DNA of 64,000 bases from Eledone cirrhosa (Eukaryota), in assembly GCA_964016885.1 (NCBI GenBank), contig OZ024746.1, positions 12,958,001 through 13,022,000 on the forward strand. The letters run 5' to 3'. Made by a program: the position numbers and the translations under genes. Shown in pieces: positions 25,650 to 37,733 of the stretch. Each line of letters opens with the position of its first letter. The stretch's first letter is position 1. The notes beneath the pieces are model-generated. The model made no database searches and was not told the DNA's origin. It saw only the letters and a list, made by a program, of their open reading frames with translations.

Positions 25650-26045
25650 GTTTGTACATAGTAGACAATGAATGTAACACAGAATTTAAGCTACTCTGTA
25701 GTATAAAGTGAGCATGCTTTGATGGATATGTGATGTTAATGAGCATGAAAGGCAAAACATAGATGGGCGAGAGAAAAACTGGGTCTAATAGAAATGAAAT
25801 GTAGTGTGCAAGAGAAACGATTGTGTTGGTATAGATATGTGATGTATATGGATGATTGTTTGGGGAAGAAATGCCAGGAGTTCCTAATGGAAGGAAGTTG
25901 CAGTAGAGGAAGACTTGGGCAGAAGTAATGAGAGCAGATCTCAAAACACTGAACCTGTCGGAGATGATGAGGGAACACAGTAAGTGCAGGGAAGCTGCTG
26001 GAAAGACCTGCCCAGCCCATGCAGGCATGGAAAAATAGACATAAA
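25650..26045 (+). mobile_element. RTE LINE 3' end
   Basis: REKLGLIEMKCSVQEKRLCWYRYVMYMDD...EGSCSRG/KTWAEVMRADLKTLNL, followed by the CCCATGCAGGCATGGAAAA tail. Confidence 0.85.
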
Positions 26046-26795
26046 AGGATACGGGTTATAAATTGATTTTCTGAATTGCTGGTGCATATCTGATAGAATA
26101 TGCTGCCTGTGTTCTTTATTAATTAATTGAAATCGATTGACAAGATCCCAGACCTCATTTGCTTACCAAGTGGGGTGGAATTCATCAAATCAGGCCAAGG
26201 AAAAAATATTCCCATTAGTCTTTCCATTGCTAATATTATCTACCAGGCTTAACTACTGGCAGAAAGGGCAATGTAAAATAAAGTGTCTTACTCAAGGATA
26301 TAACACATCGCCTGGTCAGGGAATCAAACTTGCAACCTCACCATTGCAAATCCAATTCTCTAACCATTACGCCATGTGCTTTCATATATGCCAATTAATG
26401 TCACTGGTTATTTACAAGATATTAGCTGGTTGCTCTCAACTTAAAAGCAGCACTAACATTGACTGAGTAATAAAAAAATAAAAATAAAAATGTCTAATAG
26501 CTACTTAGTTTGGGAAATACAGCTATGACTGATATCCTGTAGGTTGGTTTAAGACATTTAGGATAGACTGTATATATCTTTTCTATTGCTATTGGGTGTG
26601 ACAACATAATTTATTTCCAAATATTTCATAAATATAAGAACATTTTTGTGTACGAAACTAACATTAAATTGTGTATTTTAGAAAAACATCTTCATACTTT
26701 TATATTTTATATCTTCTTTGGATGAATAATCTACCCAGTCACTTATTAGTTTCAGTACTGTCCTATTTATAACAGTGAAAATTATTATATATATA

Positions 26796-26940
26796 GGCAC
26801 ATGGCTTAGTGGTTAGAGCATTAGGCTTGCTATCGAAAGGTTGTGAGTTCAATTCTTGGATCGGGTGATGTGTTGTTTCCCTGAGCAAGACACTTTATTT
26901 CACATTGCTCCAGTTTACTCAGCTGTAGAAATGAGATGAT
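26796..26940 (+). mobile_element. tRNA-derived SINE 5' part (CORE-like)
   Basis: TGGCTTAGTGG A-box, GAGTTCAATTC B-box, CCTGAGCAAGACACTT core. Relatives at 41300-41575 (-), 51205-51460 (+), 26150-26390 (-). Confidence 0.7.
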
Positions 26941-28683
26941 AGGACTGGGGTCCCTATCATTCCACTGTAAAGTGGTTGTGGGGGTGCCATGTCAAAAAAT
27001 CACCCAGCCCACACTGTAAAGTGGACGTGTAGGTGCCACGGAAAAAAAGCACCCAGCACTCACTGTAAATGAGGTTGGTGTTAGGAAGGGCATCCAGCTG
27101 TAGAAATCAAGCCAGAATCAGATCCTGTATGAGCAAGACAAGGTCAGCTGACTGGACACTGCTCACAACAGGACAACTCATCTAACCCATGCTAGCATGG
27201 AAGAACGGACGTAAAACGGTGATGATGATCACGCACGCACGCGCACACGCACACACTGTTAGGAAGGGCATTCAGCTGTGAAAACCCCAGCCAAATTTAC
27301 AGTCCCGTCAGAGCAGGCTATGGTGTGGCCAGTCCTGGGCAGACTTGTCTCTTACGAGGAGGACCCATCTGACCCATGCATGCATGGGAAAATGGATGTT
27401 AAATGCGTGCCAACATTGTGTGGCTTTCCATTCTTGCATGGGTTGGATGAGTCTCCTCCGTCTAAACAAATCCTGTCTATTCCATGATAAGATGTGGATG
27501 TAAAGCCGATGTATGACTGTATGTGGAAGTTACTGTTTAGAAATTGTATTTTTTTAAATATAGGTTTAATAGTAACATTTCCTTTTTATGTACATCAGGT
27601 TGTCTCTTTGTGATTGAGTCAACTTCCAGTTTTTTTGTTTTTTTTTCTTGCATTTAAGTAATAGATCTCAATACCTACACTTATTATTTTGTAAATGATT
27701 TCCTGAAATAATCTTAATATTACAATAGCTTTCCCAGGTGTATTCTTTCTTCACACCTTGTATTACTGTTGCTGAGCAATTTCTATTGATTTTCCAAAGC
27801 TGTAATTTTTGTTTTTATTTAATTTGTGAAAATCTGGTCAGTGTTAGGAAGGCCCTCCAGCTGTAAAAATCCAAGCCAAAATACAGTTCTGTCTGAACAA
27901 GGTCCGGCACAGCCAGCTGGCCAGACTTGTCTCATGATGTAGGCAAGCATGGAAAAATAGACGTTAAATGGTGATGATGATGTGTAACTAAATTTCATCT
28001 TTACACTTAAGAGGCTATAGAAAGGAAGGCCCTTAACTTCTGATTGGCGAAGGGGGAATCTTGAGCATTTTAACCTGACAGAGCCCATCCCTCTTCAGGT
28101 TTGAACACAGCCAATTTCTTCCAGAGAGGGAGGGGAAACTCCAACCCTCCAGCCCCAGTACTGGACTGGTACTTTATTGACCTCGAGAGAATGAAAAGCA
28201 AAGTTGTCTTCGGCAGGATTTGAAGTGAACCAAAATAAATAAATACTGAAACATTTAATCTGATACTTTAATAACAATAACAACTTATCACAGTCTGAGA
28301 GGCTATGACTAAGTGATAAATGTTTATGCTCTTCAAGAGTTCATAGTTCAGCATCTTTAAAAATAGTTTTCATGTAATGCCTGCTTACTAGTTAGTTTCA
28401 TTGTAAATATATCTCCAAAATGACAAATTTATTTCATATTCTTAACGATTCCACTTAATTTTAAATTATTTTACTTTTTGATTTATATTTACTTATTTCA
28501 GAATTATTAATTTTGCATGCTGTTAATATTTTTCTCAGTCACTATATAATGTATTTTTATATAAATACAAGATAAAAAAGTTTCAACATTGCATTTTATT
28601 ATGATGAAAACATCTGTATTAAGATGGTGAAAATTATAACCATTTAACATCTTAAGTCCCTTTTTTACTTTTTGTCTTTTTAG

Positions 28684-28753
28684 ATTAGAATTCTATTCAA
28701 GTGGAAAGATGCTTTTGATAAAGAATCTTTTTTTTCTGGACGAAGGACCCTTG
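28684..28753 (+). CDS. PDCD6IP: ALIX exon 3
   Basis: IRILFKWKDAFDKESFFSGRRTL; donor G|GTGAGT; 70 nt. Confidence 0.95.
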
Positions 28754-29263
28754 GTGAGTAAATCTATTTTTATCCTAACTGAAGTGTTCACTCAGAGACA
28801 AATATAAGGTTTGAGAGGACCCTTGTTCTGTCTGGGCAAACATGTGCTAACCTCTCTAGTGATGATGTCATAATAAAATGTACCTATTACACCATTTAAG
28901 GATAGTGTTGATGCCATAATATAATGCACCCAGTACACTCCGCACAGTTGGTTGGCGTTAGGAAGTGCACCCTACTGTACAAACTTATGTTAAATATGGA
29001 ATGTATTAGGAAGAGTATGGAATGTATGCTGTGACCTATCTGGTCTCAGCTTGTGACAAACCATACAGCCCATGCTGGCATGGAAAGCAGATGTAAACTA
29101 ATGATCATAATGATTCACAATCTCTTAATCCAGCATTTAGGAGATATTTTCCTGAAGGATGTTTCAAATACTTTAATTGTAAGTAGTGCAGACAATCACA
29201 ATTACACTTGTAGGGAAAGTGTCAGCACAAACTTAATAGTACATCACATATTAGATTATTTGT

Positions 29264-29475
29264 TTAACTCTTTATTTAAACTGACTGTATCAGGCCAGAA
29301 TTCTCTTGCCTCTTTCTGTTCAAACTGGCTGTAACTGGCTGCTCATACTGACATTAAGGTATTGTTCTCAAAATAAATATCAAAATCTCGTAGATTCGAT
29401 ATTATGAGAGGTAAAATCTTTACCGTGAAAATATAATAGTAAATATGTAAAGTAATGTAAATGCTAAAGGGTTAA
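29264..29475. mobile_element. piggyBac-type MITE (family A)
   Basis: TTAA-CTCTTT...AAATGCTAAAGGG-TTAA; internal sequence matches the 14540 and 39626 copies. Confidence 0.85.
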
Positions 29476-30082
29476 AACACCATATTTAAAACATTCAAAT
29501 ATTAGCTGACTGAGCACTCAATACTGGTGGGTATAGTGTAAATGATATTTTCTAATGTTTGGTTGCATGAATCTTCATAACTTGGGTATCTTCATAACTT
29601 TCTCTACTGTCATGATAAATAGTAATTTTATGATGTTAAGTATGAGTCATATTGGAATTGTGTTCAGGTGTCTTCATATGATGATACTCTTACATCAGCC
29701 CTATATATGATGTCGTCGTTACGCTGCTTAGTTTGCTCAAATACAATCTTTCTTTGTAACTTTAACCCTTTTGCTACCATATTTCTACTGAAACACATTG
29801 CTTATGATTTTCAAATAATCAAGAATTTAGACAGATTTAAAAATACAAATATTTTAGCACCTCATTTATGTAGAAAATATAAGTTGGTTAAAATCAGCAA
29901 AATATTGACCTCAAATATAAACTGCCCCCTTTTACCATCAATTTTGATGTCACATACATATTTCTCTGTATAAATACAAATATATGCGGTAATTTCTGCA
30001 TCATGATACCAGTTTTCTGTCTGTTTTATATATTTCTCAATGATTATTATAATTAAAGAATATAATTTTTCTCTCTGCTCAG

Positions 30083-30210
30083 GTGTTGTTTCTGGAATGT
30101 ATGAGAAAGTATGCATGTTGTTTAACATTGCCGCCTTACAAAGTCAGATTGCTGCTTCTCAGAATCATGATACTGATGAAGGACTCAAACTTTCAGTCAA
30201 ATTGTTTCAG
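30083..30210 (+). CDS. PDCD6IP: ALIX exon 4
   Basis: [43 protein letters not shown]; donor CAG|GTATGT; 128 nt. Confidence 0.95.
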
Positions 30211-30717
30211 GTATGTTTTTATTTACTTAAAAAAATGAAACTGGAAATCTATAAAGTTTTCAAAACTTGTCTTTTGTGGTTGTTTTCATTCACAAAACCT
30301 TGATTTCTAACAGAACAGCCTAATCCACTCACCCATTGGTACAACTATTAAAGCATTTTAAGATACAGTTTTCAGTAAAAGAAATCAATAAATGGTGCTA
30401 GGCTTATGGCAAGCACAACAGGTTCTAAATTTTGCATTTTCTGAATATCTATTATGGTGCTGTATAAGGGAAATTGCACTCCATAGTAGTTAGAATTTTC
30501 TCTTTCACATCATCTGTTGAGACCTGGAGAGGGACAGGCTCTGCCTGGTTTAAAATGCCCAAGAAATATATGTCACTACTGCATCCCCACGACTTCACTG
30601 GGAGTTAGGGGCCATACATATAACCAAAATAAAGTGTTATTTGTTGATAAAGTATTTTTTTATCAAATATTTTTTCTTTTTTAATTGGAGTTTATTAATT
30701 TTTTTTATCATTATTAG

Positions 30718-30871
30718 CAATCTGCTGGTATTTTTGCTCACTTGAAAGATATTGTACTATCCCATACTCAACAAGAGCCTACACCTGACTTGAATCCAGA
30801 AACATTAGCTGCTATTAGTGCTCTCATGCTAGCACAAGCTCAAGAGAGTTTCTATAGAAAAGCAACCTCTG
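30718..30871 (+). CDS. PDCD6IP: ALIX exon 5
   Basis: QSAGIFAHLKD...EPTPDLNPETLAAISALMLAQAQESFYRKATS; donor G|GTGAGT; 154 nt. Confidence 0.95.
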
Positions 30872-31194
30872 GTGAGTTATCATAGCAGCTTGCTTCTTAA
30901 CAGAAACATAATTTTAGAATCATTATATTTACTAACCTTATGAATTATAGAAGCACTATGTGTGTTTGAAATTTGTAAATCTGAGAGTCCTAAACAGAAA
31001 ATAACTAATAATCAATCATTATAAATAATAGTTGAGAAAATTGAGTAAATTACTACAGAATATGTTTACAATTTCTAAAGAATTTGATTTCATCTAACTA
31101 CTAAATAACATTTTTGTTACAAATGATTTTAATTTTACTTAATTATTAAAAATAATAGCCCTTTATTTTCTATTTTTACACTTATAATAACCAG

Positions 31195-31304
31195 ACAATA
31201 TGAATGATGGCATGGTAGCTAAACTTTCTTTGCAATGCTCTGATCTTTATGCTGATGCTATGAAACTGTTACAACTCCCGTCCATTAGGGAATTATGGCC
31301 AAGG
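31195..31304 (+). CDS. PDCD6IP: ALIX exon 6
   Basis: DNMNDGMVAKLSLQCSDLYADAMKLLQLPSIRELWPR; donor AGG|GTAAGA; 110 nt. Confidence 0.93.
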
Positions 31305-31634
31305 GTAAGATAGTTTTCATATTCTTTAAAGATAATTTGAAACGATTAGCTTCTAAAATTATTCTTTACGCTTAGGCAACAATGAAAGACTCGGTCTATT
31401 ATATACCATATATATCGGCATATAAAACACGTCCTAATTTTGAGAAAGAAGCTTAAGTAAAGAAAACTTTAATATATATAGTTTAATAAATGAACAGAGA
31501 ACAAAAAACAGAGAGGCCATACAAATGGTATTAGTTTCAGACTTGAGAGGGGGGGGGGGTAATTTTCATATCAATGTTTGCATTGTAATAAAGGAAAAAA
31601 TTAAAATTAATTTTTTTTTTTTTTACTATACTAG

Positions 31635-31751
31635 GATTGGATCCCTGCTACTGTTATGAAACAGGCAGCATTTCATGCTTTGGCTGAATATCATCAGAGT
31701 ATTGTAGCTCAAAAGAAAAAGAGTTATGGTGAAGAAATTGCCCGGTTGCAA
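31635..31751 (+). CDS. PDCD6IP: ALIX exon 7
   Basis: DWIPATVMKQAAFHALAEYHQSIVAQKKKSYGEEIARLQ; donor CAA|GTAAGT; 117 nt. Confidence 0.95.
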
Positions 31752-31773
31752 GTAAGTTTTAAATTCCTACCAA

Positions 31774-31809
<36 letters not shown>

Positions 31810-31976
31810 GTGGGTATAATCAATCGTAGGTCAATTTCCTGTGCTTGATTAGTAAATTTATTTGGATCTCCAGGTAAGTATAATTTAATTTTGTTACGTT
31901 GATGTCTTCTTTATAGAATAGTGTCGAGATATTTGGGAAGTACCCTTCAGCAATCCTGTTTTAACTTTAGTAGAAT

Positions 31977-34432
31977 CACTGTTAAGGTAGTAGTATGTGG
32001 TGTCACTGTTGAGGTAGTAGTATTGTGTGGTGTCACTGTTGAGGTAGTAGTATTGTGTGGTGTCACTGTTGAGGTAGTAGTATTGTGTGGTGTCACTGTT
32101 GAGGTAGTAGTATTGTGTGGTGTCGTTGTTGAGGTAGTAGTATTGTGTGGTGTCGTTGTTGAGGTAGTAGTATTGTGTGGTGTCACTGTTAAGGTAGTAG
32201 TATGTGGTGTCACTGTTAAGGCAGTAGTATTGTGTGGTGTCGTTGTTGAGGTAGAAGTATTGTGTGGTGTTGTTGAGGTAGTAGTATTGTGTGGTGTCGT
32301 TGAGGTAGTAGTATTGTGTGGTGTCGTTGTTGAGGTAGTAGTATTGTGTGGTGTCGTTGTTGAGGTAGTAGTATTGTGTGGTGTCGTTGTTGAGGTAGTA
32401 GTATTGTGTGGTGTCACTGTTAAGGTAGTAGTATGTGGTGTCACTGTTAAGGCAGTAGTATTGTGTGGTGTCGTTGTTGAGGTAGAAGTATTGTGGTGTT
32501 GTTGAGGTAGTAGTATTGTGTGGTGTTGTTGAGGTAGTAGTATTGTGTGGTGTTGTTGTTGAGGTAGTAGTATTGGGTGGTGTCGTTGTTGAGGTAGTAG
32601 TATTGGGTGGTGTCGTTGTTGAGGTAGTAGTATTGGGTGGTGTCGTTGTTGAGGTAGTAGTATTGTGTGGTGTCGTTGTTGAGGTAGTAGTATTGTGTGG
32701 TGTCATTGTTGAGGTAGTAGTATTGTGGTGTCACTGTTGAGGTAGTAGTATTGTGTGGTGTCACTGTTGAGGTAGTAGTATTGTGTGGTGTCACTGTTGA
32801 GGTAGTAGTATTGTGTGGTGTCGTTGAGGTAGTAGTATTGTGTGGTGTCGTTGTTGAGGTAGTAGTATTGTGTGGTGTCGTTGTTGAGGTAGTAGTATTG
32901 TGTGGTGTCGTTGTTGAGGTAGTAGTATTGTGTGGTGTCGTTGTTGAGGTAGTAGTATTGTGTGGTGTCGTTGTTGAGGTAGTAGTATTGTGTGGTGTCG
33001 TTGTTGAGGTAGTAGTATTGTGTGGTGTCGTTGTTGAGGTAGTAGTATTGTGTGGTGTCATTGTTGAGGTAGTAGTATTGTGTGGTGTCACTGTTGAGGT
33101 AGTAGTATTGTGTGGTGTCGTTGAGGTAGTAGTATTGTGTGGTGTCGTTGTTGAGGTAGTAGTATTGTGTGGTCTCACTGTTGAGGTAGTAGTATTGTGT
33201 GGTGTCATTGTTGAGGTAGTAGTATTGTGTGGTGTCATTGTTGAGGTAGTAGTATTGTGTGGTGTCGTTGTTGAGGTAGTAGTATTGTGTGGTGTCGTTG
33301 AGGTAGTAGTATTGTGTGGTGTCGTTGTTGAGGTAGTAGTATTGTGTGGTGTCGTTGTTGAGGTAGTAGTATTGTGTGGTCTCACTGTTGAGGTAGTAGT
33401 ATTGTGTGGTGTCATTGTTGAGGTAGTAGTATTGTGTGGTGTCGTTGAGGTAGTAGTATTGTGTGGTGTCACTGTTGAGGTAGTAGTATTGTTTGGTGTC
33501 ACTGTTGAGGTAGTAGTATTGTGTGGTGTCACTGTTGAGGTAGTAGTATTGTGGTGTCACTGTTGAGGTAGTAGTATTGTGGTGTCACTGTTGAGGTAGC
33601 AGTATTGTGTGGTGTCACTGTTGAGGTAGCAGTATTGTGTGGTGTCACTGTTAAGGTAGTAGTATTGTGTGGTGTCACTGTTGAGGTAGTAGTATTGTGT
33701 GGTGTCACTGTTGAGGTAGTAGTATTGTGTGGTGTCACTGTTGAGGTAGTAGTATTGTGTGGTGTCACTGTTGAGGTAGTAGTATTGTGTGGTGTCGTTG
33801 TTGAGGTAGTAGTATTGTGTGGTGTCGTTGAGGTAGTAGTATTGTGTGGTGTCATTGTTGAGGTAGTAGTATTGTGTGGTGTCGTTGTTGAGGTAGTATT
33901 GTGTGGTGTCGTTGTTGAGGTAGTAGTATTGTGTGGTGTCACTGTTGAGGTAGTAGTATTGTGTGGTGTCACTGTTGAGGTAGTAGTATTGTGTGGTGTC
34001 ACTGTTGAGGTAGTAGTATTGTGTGGTGTCACTGTTGAGGTAGTAGTATTGTGGTGTCACTGTTGAGGTAGCAGTATTGTGGTGTCACTGTTGAGGTAGC
34101 AGTATTGTGTGGTGTCACTGTTGAGGTAGTAGTATTGTGTGGTGTCACTGTTGAGGTAGTAGTATTGTGTGGTGTCACTGTTGAGGTAGTAGTATTGTGT
34201 GGTGTCACTGTTGAGGTAGTAGTATTGTGTGGTGTCACTGTTGAGGTAGTAGTATTGTGTGGTGTCACTGTTGAGGTAGTAGTATTGTGTGGTGTCACTG
34301 TTGAGGTAGTAGTATTGTGTGGTGTCACTGTTGAGGTAGTAGTATTGTGTGGTGTCACTGTTGAGGTAGTAGTATTGTGTGGTGTCACTGTTGAGGTAGT
34401 AGTATTGTGTGGTGTCACTGTTGAGGTAGTAT
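31977..34432. repeat. 30-bp (27-30) minisatellite, ~80 copies, ALIX intron 7
   Basis: Unit TGTCACTGTTGAGGTAGTAGTATTGTGTGG, with a TGTCGTTG variant; accounts for ORFs 31894-34458. Confidence 0.97.
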
Positions 34433-34548
34433 GTGTAGAATCCATTTAAAAGTTTCACATTGATGAAACCTCATATTTTAGTTACATTTAATTCTTAGAT
34501 TTTAATTCATTTACTTTTAGTATTCTTAATTTTCTCTTTGGAATTGTG

Positions 34549-34859
34549 TTTATGGAGTGTTTGGAGGTGGAGGATCACATATTTTGATGGCTGTCTTTAG
34601 GTATTATGGAGTGTTTGGAGGTGGAGCGTCACATATTTTGATGGCTGTCTTTAGGTATTATGGAGTGTTTGGAGGTGGAGCGTCACATATTTTGATGGCT
34701 GTCTTTAGGTATTATGGAGTGTTTGGAGGTGGAGCGTCACATATTTTGATGGCTGTCTTTAGGTATTATGGAGTGTTTGGAGGTGGAGCGTCACATATTT
34801 TGATGGCTGTCTTTAGGTATTATGGAGTGTTTGGAGGTGGAGGATCACATATTTTGATG
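34549..34859. repeat. 54-bp minisatellite, ~5.7 copies
   Basis: Unit GTATTATGGAGTGTTTGGAGGTGGAGCGTCACATATTTTGATGGCTGTCTTTAG. Confidence 0.95.
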
Positions 34860-34909
34860 TCTGAAAAAGTTATTGTTGATGATTTTATTTATTTATTTAT
34901 TTATTTTAG

Positions 34910-35132
34910 CATGCTGATGAATTAATGAAAGCTTCACAGACTCGAGGAAGTGGTAGTTTCTGTTTCCGTTCTGAACACAATAGGGTTATTCGTGCTCTAG
35001 AATTGGCTGTAAAAGATAATGATTTTATTTATCACGAGAAAATACCTGATACTAAATCTTTAACTCCTGTTGGAAAAGCTCCAGTTGCCAAGCCAACTCC
35101 TCTGCCAGCAACAATGAGTACAAAGTTTGTTG
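34910..35132 (+). CDS. PDCD6IP: ALIX exon 8
   Basis: HADELMK...AVKDNDFIYHEKIPD...KFV; donor G|GTAAGT; 223 nt. Confidence 0.95.
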
Positions 35133-35261
35133 GTAAGTAGTGAACAACAATTTGTGCAGGCTCAATATAAGGTTTTTTTCAGAGAGAGAGAGAGTGTGTG
35201 TGTGAGAGTACATAGCAATGTTGACACCTGATAAACCTTGTAAAATGCTTTCAGAAAGTAA

Positions 35262-35289
<28 letters not shown>

Positions 35290-35292
<3 letters not shown>

Positions 35293-35413
35293 TTTTTCAA
35301 AAACTGGTTCCTCTCCCAGTCCACGACAGCATTGTTGCTTTTGATAATCGAAAAAATCAAATTATTAATCAAGAAACTGGTCGTTTGAAGGAAGCTACTC
35401 TGTTGCTAAATAG
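35290..35413 (+). CDS. PDCD6IP: ALIX exon 9
   Basis: Poly-T then AAG acceptor; DLFQKLVPLPVHDSIVAFDNRKNQIINQETGRLKEATLLLN; donor AG|GTGAGT; 124 nt. Confidence 0.93.
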
Positions 35414-35543
35414 GTGAGTATATTACACATTAATTTTTATCCATAAATTCTAAATGATAAATAACAAAATTTTTTTTTACATTTGATGAACCAATTTAAT
35501 ACAGCAATACATCCTGTAAAGTGGTAATGGTGGCGCTATGAAA

Positions 35544-36195
35544 AATAATGATAATAATAATAATAATAATGAAATTATTGTGTAGTGCACTACAACTCAT
35601 CAAAGGTGCATGTATAGTACATAGAATAATATACAAATGTCAGGTAAGTGAATAGTGTATGCGTCATGATATACATGTGTGAGTGTGAATGGAGAGGGAA
35701 TATTAGGTGTAGTGTTGGCAAATCTCAGGAAACATGGAGGTTTTAAAGGATGCAGTGTCTTGACAGCTACCAACTGATGCAGGCAGTTTGTTCCATGCTT
35801 CAGCAACTCTGAGCATGAAAAAAATGTTTCCAAATGTCATGGGAGCTGTGCTGTTTTCTGACACATGGTACTCAGGGTTGTTGTTGGCAAGATGGTTAAT
35901 AACTTTGTGGGTGTTTACCAAGTCAGTTGCCAGACGTCGGAGCTTCAATGTATCCATGCCCAGGGAAGCAAGGCGTTCAGAGTATGGTAGATGCCTGATG
36001 GAGGGTATTCGCTTGGTTGCATGTCTCTGAACAGTTTCCAGGTGGTCAATGTTCTGAGCAAGATAGGGGTTCCAGACTGATGATGCAAATTCTAAGTGTG
36101 GCCGCACCATAGCTATATACAGCTTTAAATAGATAGCTAGAGAGCGGCTGACAAAGGTCTTGCTGAGTGATGCTAAGACACCTTCGGCCTTCTTC
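35544..36195 (-). mobile_element. CR1-group LINE 3' fragment with (ATT)n tail
   Basis: LYIAMVRPHLEFASSVWNPYL...LETVQRHATKRIP...YSERLASLGMDTLKLRRL; 3'UTR shared with copies at 58171 and 63476. Confidence 0.9.
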
Positions 36196-36198
36196 TGT

Positions 36199-36416
36199 TT
36201 AACCGTGTAATGTTTACATTACTCTATATATACTATTGTATTTTTGTGGTAAAAGCTTTAGCTTATATAATTATCTCATATAATATTGAATCTATGAGAT
36301 TTTGATATTATTTATTTTGAGAACAATACCTCAACATCAATATGAGAGGCTAATTACAGCTGGTTTGAACAGAAAGATGTGAGAGAATTCTGGCCAGATA
36401 TGGCCGGTTTAAATGC
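36199..36416. mobile_element. piggyBac-type MITE (family A), degenerate ends
   Basis: Internal sequence is the reverse complement of the 39626-39838 copy. Confidence 0.85.
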
Positions 36417-36490
36417 ATATTTTTCTTTAGTCATTTCTTTTTTTAGTTCCAAGATTATTTTTTTTAACATAACTTTGTTGACTTTTTCAG

Positions 36491-36668
36491 TGTGCTTGCT
36501 TCTTTAAATCTTCCTGCTGCAATTGAAGATCTTTCTGGTGACAGCATCCCAACTTCTTTACTGGAAAAGGCTCAGCAGTTAAAAAGGGATGGTGGTGTTG
36601 AAGGCCTCAATAAAATGATGCAAGATTTGCCAGAATTATTAGGACGTAATAGAGAAATTCTAAATGAG
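36491..36668 (+). CDS. PDCD6IP: ALIX exon 10
   Basis: SVLASLNLPAAIEDLSG...LPELLGRNREILNE; donor GAG|GTTAGT; 178 nt. Confidence 0.95.
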
Positions 36669-36676
36669 GTTAGTTT

Positions 36677-37660
36677 TTAACACATTAAATTGGTGAGGGT
36701 GTGAGAGCTCCAGTGTTATTTAACATATTAAATTGGTGAGGGTGTGAGAGCTCCAGTATGTTATTTAACATATTAAATTGGTGAGGGTGTGAGAGCTCCA
36801 GTGTGTTATGTAACACATTAAATTGGTGAGGGTGTGAGAGCTCCAGTATGTTATGTAACACATTAAATTGGTGAGGGTGTGAGAGCTCCAGTATGTTATT
36901 TAACATATTAAATTGGTGAGGGTGTGAGAGCTCCAGTATGTTATTTAACACATTAAATTGGTGAGGGTGTGAGAGCTCCAGTATGTTATTTAACATATTA
37001 AATTGGTGAGGGTATGAGAGCTCCAGTATGTTATTTAACATATTAAATTGGTGAGGGTGTGAGAGCTCCAGTGTGTTATGTAACACATTAAATTGGTGAG
37101 GGTGTGAGAGCTCCAGTATGTTATTTAACACATTAAATTGGTGAGGGTGTGACTGCTTCAGTATGTTATTTAACACATTAAATTGAAGGTGTGAGAGCTC
37201 CAGTATGTTATTTAACATATTAAATTGGTGAGGGTATGAGAGCTCCAGTATGTTATTTAACATATTAAATTGGTGAGGGTGTGACTGATTCAGTATGTTA
37301 TTTAACACATTAAATTGGTGAAGGTGTGAGAGCTCCAGTATGTTATTTAACACATTAAATTGGTGAAGGTGTGAGAGCTCCAGTATGTTATTTAACACAT
37401 TAAATTGGTGAGGATGTGAGAGCTCCAGTATGTTATTTAACACATTAAATTGATGAGGGTGTGAGAGCTCCAGTATGTTATTTAACACATTAAATTGGTG
37501 AGTGTGAGAGCTCCAGTATGTTATTTAACACATTAAATTGGTGAGTGTGAGAGCTCCAGTATGTTATTTAACACATTAAATTGGTGAGGGTGTGACAGCT
37601 CCAGTATGTTATTTAACACATTAAATTGGTGAGGGTGTGAGAGCTCTAGTATGTTATTTA
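36677..37660. repeat. 45-bp minisatellite, ~22 copies, fills ALIX intron 10
   Basis: Unit CACATTAAATTGGTGAGGGTGTGAGAGCTCCAGTATGTTATTTAA. Confidence 0.97.
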
Positions 37661-37733
37661 TATACAATTTAAATGTGGCTGTATTATTTTAGCTGCCATT
37701 ATTTCTATTGAGTATGTTTTAACTTATTTTCAG

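Noticed and set aside
28995-29030. miR-1-like TGGAATGTA...AGTATGGA
   Set aside because: Gapped match inside a degenerate repeat, with no upstream complementary arm.
31977-34432. Tandem let-7 precursor genes
   Set aside because: No complementary star arm or ~60-nt hairpin in or between units. Kept only as a seed-match/sponge hypothesis.
31894-34458. Mucin-like (TTPHNTTTS)n and Val/Tyr-rich ORFs
   Set aside because: Translations of the 30-bp array, broken by 28-bp frameshifting units; no signal peptide or exon structure.
34549-34859. TGGAGTGT match to the miR-122 5' end
   Set aside because: Only 8 nt, and miR-122 is vertebrate-specific; expected by chance.
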